A DNA stretch of 64,000 nucleotides from Macrostomum lignano (taxonomy: Eukaryota), in assembly GCA_002269645.1 (NCBI GenBank), contig NIVC01001037.1, forward strand, positions 248,001 to 312,000, in the 5' to 3' direction. Of the stretch, positions 51,226 through 64,000 are shown one piece after another; the first letter of the stretch is position 1, and each line of letters begins with the position of its first letter. The position numbers and the translations under genes are program-made. Under the pieces are notes generated by a model, which ran no database searches, was not told the origin of the DNA, and worked only from the letters and a program-made list of their open reading frames with translations.

Positions 51226-51716
51226 TTGGGGTAATTGGAGTGGAAAATCAACATGCTTAACTGGTGCGCAACAAGCAAAACAAAGGTGGCATCAAACTCA
51301 AGGCATAAAGTGCATGAATATGATAAAATATTCTGCTAAAAGTACAACTAGTAGGCAAATAAAAACTAAAAAAACAATAAATCCGGCATTTCATCATCTG
51401 AAAATGCTCTAAAAAAGTTTTTTAAGAATTATCCCTTGATAAAAATAGGTAAGAGCAGGAGAGGTGGATCACAGCCTGCAGTAAGCTGCAATTACAGCAC
51501 TAGCACAGCCTAGTTAAAGTACAAAAACATTATCTACAGGGTACAAAGAAGGAAACAAAACATTTTTTGACGATACGCTAAAAGTCAGAATCAGGAAATG
51601 GTATCTACAAATAAAGCATGAGCAAGCAGACAGACGGGGGGTGCTAGAGCAGGTGAGAGAAATCAGAATTTTCTACACAGATTCGGGCATCTATAACAAT
51701 TTTTGTTGAACAGCTA

Positions 51717-59120
<7,404 letters not shown>

Positions 59121-60039
59121 GTTTCTGTTAGCAGCTGACTATGAAATGCAAATCATGGGCCAAAAATGCCACAGCAGATTAGAGATGTTTTTGAATTGTT
59201 TGTAAAATCTGTAAGGCCAGCAGAAATATAAAAATCGAATTTAATTATTGCTAAATGATATTTCTTGTTTAGGTATTGCCTAGATAAATAAAAAGGTAAA
59301 TTGAGTTTAAAAAGCATATTTTCACCAAGCCATATTATTAATATTAACATCCAAGCAAAAGACTAATTAAAATATCCAAGTATATTCAGGCTTCTTGAAC
59401 TTTAGGTAGATAAAATAGTTGCAGTTTTGATAGGATCAAAATTTTGTATCTACAGCGGTTCTTGATGGTGCTGATTTCAAATTTGAGCTTCATTTTTGTA
59501 GCATAAAGCCAACCACTGGGGCATGGGGAATGGGGGGTTTTAGAGTAGGGAGAATCTTTATCGGGAATGATTTTATGTTCCTAAACTTCAATAGAGGCAT
59601 GGGGGTCTATTGTAGATTAGGTAGATAAATTTGGAGACTGATTGGGTCTAGAGAGGAATTTTAATGAAGCCTAAATAAAAAATTCAGCATGTTATCATAT
59701 ACTTTCATGGAGAAAAATTATAATCCTATCAAACTAACTGATATCAGCAGCTGTAGTTACCTTCAGAATAGAGAAGACAACATAGATTAGTAGAAATGAG
59801 TATAGATAAACAAGTAAAGAATGTATGGGCATGGCTAGTCACAACCATGACAGAACGAAAGCAAATCAAAAGTGGGAAGTGAGGGGTAGTGGCAAACTGT
59901 GGGTCAGCGTTTTATAAAAACACTAATCATACCTGGCATTCTTGCTGCACTATAACAAACTGAGTGAAAAAAATTAGAATAGACACTCTTTTTATTGGAG
60001 TTAAAATTCTAACCCACTAAATGTTCTTTTAAAAATGGG

Positions 60040-60217
60040 GGGGCCATAGCCCAGCAGTCTAGCACAGGCTCTGGTGTGCCAGCGACCTAGGCTTGATTCC
60101 AAGTGCAGTCACATTAATTTGGGGCTGAATTAGAATCTTGACTTGGCTCTGCTTGTGCCTAGAAAGCCAACCCCCCAAGGCGCAGTGAAGTATACACGCC
60201 TAACAATAAAATAAAGT
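60040..60217 (+). mobile_element. Possible second tRNA-derived SINE family (degenerate)
   Basis: GGGGCCATAGCCCAGCAGTCTAGC (A-box-like), GGCTTGATTCC (B-box-like) and an AATAAAATAAA tail. Only one copy is in the window. Confidence 0.3.
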
Positions 60218-63127
60218 TAGGGCTATTGTACACTCCTGTGTGAGTGTGTGCCTGCATACATATCCGCGCGCTTATATGCCTGCTCAGGGGAGTCGGCGGA
60301 ATGGGCAGTAATGCCTCTCGCCAGTTGTGTGCCTATGTTGCTTAAAGTGCGCCAGGGTGCACACAACCCGCTGCCTCTAATAATAAATAGTTCTTTTAAA
60401 ATGAATTCATTAAATTATGGAAAATATTTACATTCAAAAGTCACAATTCTTAAAAAAAGTTTAATTTTCAAATATACAAATCTCCTAATCTGATTGCATC
60501 AAATTATCACTAATTACATAGGGATTAACCAATTGAGCTTCTGTTAACTCTGAAGATAATTTTTTGCAGTTTTTTTGCTTTAATATCATTTTGTACAGCC
60601 CCTAAGACTCTGGCAAGTTTCAGAAAATTTGGAAAATTGGAAGTATTTTATGTATCTAAAGACAAAGTTTAAGAAGTCCTTATATTTTAAATTATTTATA
60701 CACTATATTAATTATGAAGTATCGTGTACATGAAACAAATTTAAATTATTATTCTTAATTTTTTTGTAGTTTTAAAAAACCTTCAACTTAATAACTATAA
60801 AACAATTTATATTAATACAAAAAACATTCACATCTAAAATATAAAAATTCTAGTTTTATATAAAATGAGGCCAAACTTCTCCATTGGAGGAGAAAGGGGA
60901 AGAACTCCTATCACTGGAATTCCATTCCCCAAACTCCATCAGGTGAATACTGAATCCCATCATCCAACTCCTCTCTAAAGACATAAAAAGTCCTCTCTGT
61001 CAAACTGAAAACCATTGACATCCTTTCTGCAAAACATAAATCCTTTATGTGCAACTAAGGACCATCAAAATCTTTTCCATGAATCTGGACTCAATCAATG
61101 CAATGCAATCAATTTCTTAGTCAGTCAGTATCTATCTCAGTTACGCAATCTAAATCAACCCTCCAGTGGCACAGTGGCAGTAAGAAGTTGAACCCCCCCA
61201 ACTTTATTTATTTCATATTGCGAAAATGATTACAATCTTTGCAGAAAGTTAAAAGCATAGAAATAGTTTTTTTTAAATGCTGTGCTTTTAGTTTTCAAAT
61301 TTAAAGTGGGAGGCTTGCAAGTTTATTCATTGAATTTCACTGCCCAGCAAGACAGAGGGCTACGTATTGAAAGGCGCCAATAATAAAACCAATTGAATAT
61401 CGGCAGTCCTATCTGCTTACACTGTACAACTGCTATGTACACTCCACCCAAGCCCAATTCCCTGTTCCTAGGGAATCATTAAATTTAACTGTACCCCCAA
61501 CATGCGGGGGGTTTATTTGCATTGAACACAGAACATGTGCACCCACCCCCCTGTAATACACCATATTCAGGAAAGTGGCCTCTGAGGGGGAAAATTCCCG
61601 CACACACATTGGCGCACAAGCGCGGCGCACACAAGGGGTCCTTGGCGCACTTGGTGCACACTGAGGTCCCTAGCGTATGCGGCGCATAATTGCAGCGCAT
61701 AAGGTCCCTGACATGCATGAAAATTGTAATGCAAATTAACAATTTTATGTAAAATAAAGGAGATTTGTATAGTCTAGAAAGTCAGTGATAAACTTTTTGC
61801 TTCTTTAAAATTAACAGTAAATAAAATTAGTATAAATTATTGCTAAAAACGTCAATTTTGCATTACTCTATTTGTAACTATAATTTAAGTTTGTTTAAAA
61901 TGAAAATATGCGTAACATTTTAAAAAGGCTTTTCGTAAGAAGGCCTTTCTTAGAAAACTCTACTCGTGAAGAGTGGTACACAGATGGCGCACAGACCTAA
62001 GGATAGGATCATAACTTTCAATAGCTTAGGATCATAAGCACAGGCTATAGTCATTCCGGCGCACACTGTGCCACCTTTCTGACTATGGGTAATACACAGC
62101 AACCTACGGGCAGAGGTTGGGGTACAAACCAACTGCCAACCCTTTTACTGGAAAGACAGAAGGGCCAAAGAAGGTTAAAAGCTGTTTTTTGCTTTTTAAG
62201 CATGTTAAAATATGAAAATAAAAAAATAAAAATAGCCTTAAACCTAACCCAGAAAATTTGCAATTTTCTCATATAAGTTACAATGCTGATTTGCCAGTAG
62301 TCTAGGAGAAAAATTGCAACACACATACAAACATTATACCAAATTTTTATATAAAAAGTATATTTCCAAATAATATTATTTTCATTAAAATATAAAGAAT
62401 TATCATTAATAATTAAAAATTATTAATTACGAACTAGCTTTTACAATAGAGTACTGCAGCTTAGTAATATTAGTAACTTAATATATTGACTATAAACAAT
62501 TGATATCTTCATTATTCAATAATATATATATAAGCAATCAGCAATAAAAAAATAAATGTATTGAAAAACAGTGTTTAACTTATCTTTATATTTATTTTGG
62601 CTGAAACTCTTACATTATAAATCAAATAAGAAGCTCAAGACAAGAAAAACTCATAATTTACATATTACTGCATTTAAAATGAATTTTTTATATTTCATAA
62701 ATTGGTTGAGATAGCCTGGTCGACACTGTATTCTGATCTAAGAGAGAAAAGCATTCTGATTTAAAAATGCTTCTGCTGGAAGCTACAGTAATAATTCCTT
62801 CATGATCAGCATGATCATCAGAGTTAACGAATTAAGGAAGAATTAGAAGAATTGAATCTTTGGGTTTCCTATAAATTTCTATTATTAAAGGTCTTAATGT
62901 AAAAAGGATTATATTTATAGATGTATTTTAGTTATTAACTTTTTTATGTAATTTTTTTTAACTAGATATTTTAGATAGTTAAGTTTTACAATAATTTTAT
63001 AAGCTTTTTTGTTTTACTTTTTTACTCTCTAATCTTGAAAATTTTTGTCCCGGGCTTCGCGGGGCCCACAACTTTGGGTCGATCAAATGTAAAAACAGTC
63101 TAGATTTTATTCTAATAAATAATTTAC

Positions 63128-63336
63128 CTGTCTTTGTCATATTCAAATGTGGGCGCTGGCGTCGAAACATTCAAAGCAAAAATGCCTTCTGTCTTGCGAA
63201 ACGAATATGCTGGAACTGGTGATGCTGTGGGACGTGGGTACAGCTGCTGCTGATGATGATGATGCTGATGCTGCCGCGCCTCTGCTTTCAGCTCTGCGTC
63301 AGCCTCGGTTTTGGATGGAGTGATATTCCATAACAT
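63128..63336 (-). CDS. Candidate first coding exon (His/Gln-rich N-terminus), possibly an upstream exon of the FER gene
   Basis: ATG 63336 opens 69 codons plus AG, ending at the donor AG|GTAAAT. It is GC-rich within AT-rich DNA and phase-compatible with a taacAG acceptor at 59125-26. Confidence 0.4.
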
Positions 63337-63867
63337 GATGGATGTTCTTTACATGTTAATGTAATATAATGTCAGCATTTAATTTTATCTACTTTTTAGC
63401 TCAAAATAATCCTAAACTATAGAAGTCGTTGCGCTAAATGAAGTCGTTGTCTTACGCGCGTTCATTTACATATGATGTCAATTTTTTCCAAATTAAATTG
63501 TGTCGCTATTTAGGAGTAAATTTGGCTGTCTATGGCTTTGCATACGCTCAAAGCTTTTAATGAATTAAAAAGAATAAATGGAGGACAATCGCAAATTTTA
63601 TTCGACTTATATTTTACAATAATCCTTGCAATATGTCCGGGAAAGTGATCGATTAAATCCTGCAAAATAAAATCTATGTCAATAACCTCCCTGAAAGTGA
63701 GCTTTAAAGTGGTTTATGGAGATCATGAAACGCCGCTATCGTTGCATCAAATCCGGAATGGTTCGCACCCAACGTTCGGCTTAGATTGCCGTGCTTCCTG
63801 CCCAGGGGATTCTTTCTGATTACACACGAGTGAGTATTGTCTTGATGCGAATTAACGCTGGAGCTAC

Positions 63868-64000
<133 letters not shown>

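Overview
This is eukaryotic (animal) genomic DNA with GC-rich exons, GT-AG introns and about 30 micro/minisatellite arrays. The style and gene content suggest a free-living flatworm such as Macrostomum (inference). Genes resolved by manual splice-site and phase analysis: the 3' end of an Ariadne RBR E3 ligase; a Cys-loop anion-channel locus; a GT92-like glycosyltransferase; two tandem ~910-920 aa proteins apparently built from degenerate LRAT (NlpC/P60) repeats; an actin pseudogene; an STK33-like kinase; a 74-aa ORF homologous to part of the neighbouring ODAD4/TTC25 gene; ODAD4; and a FES/FER kinase carrying two 1-bp frameshifts. Mobile DNA includes a non-autonomous hAT element with intact TIRs and an 8-bp TSD, and two copies of a tRNA-derived CORE-like SINE. 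There are two highlights. (1) Two complete ligand-binding/M1-M2 exons, each with its own signal peptide, end in same-phase donors but have only one M3-M4 exon downstream, a protocadherin/UGT1-like variable-constant layout in a pentameric channel. (2) The tandem LRAT-repeat pair lacks the catalytic Cys and shows a gene-conversion-like tract. No database searches could be run. Family calls rest on remembered motifs, and repeat boundaries are approximate.
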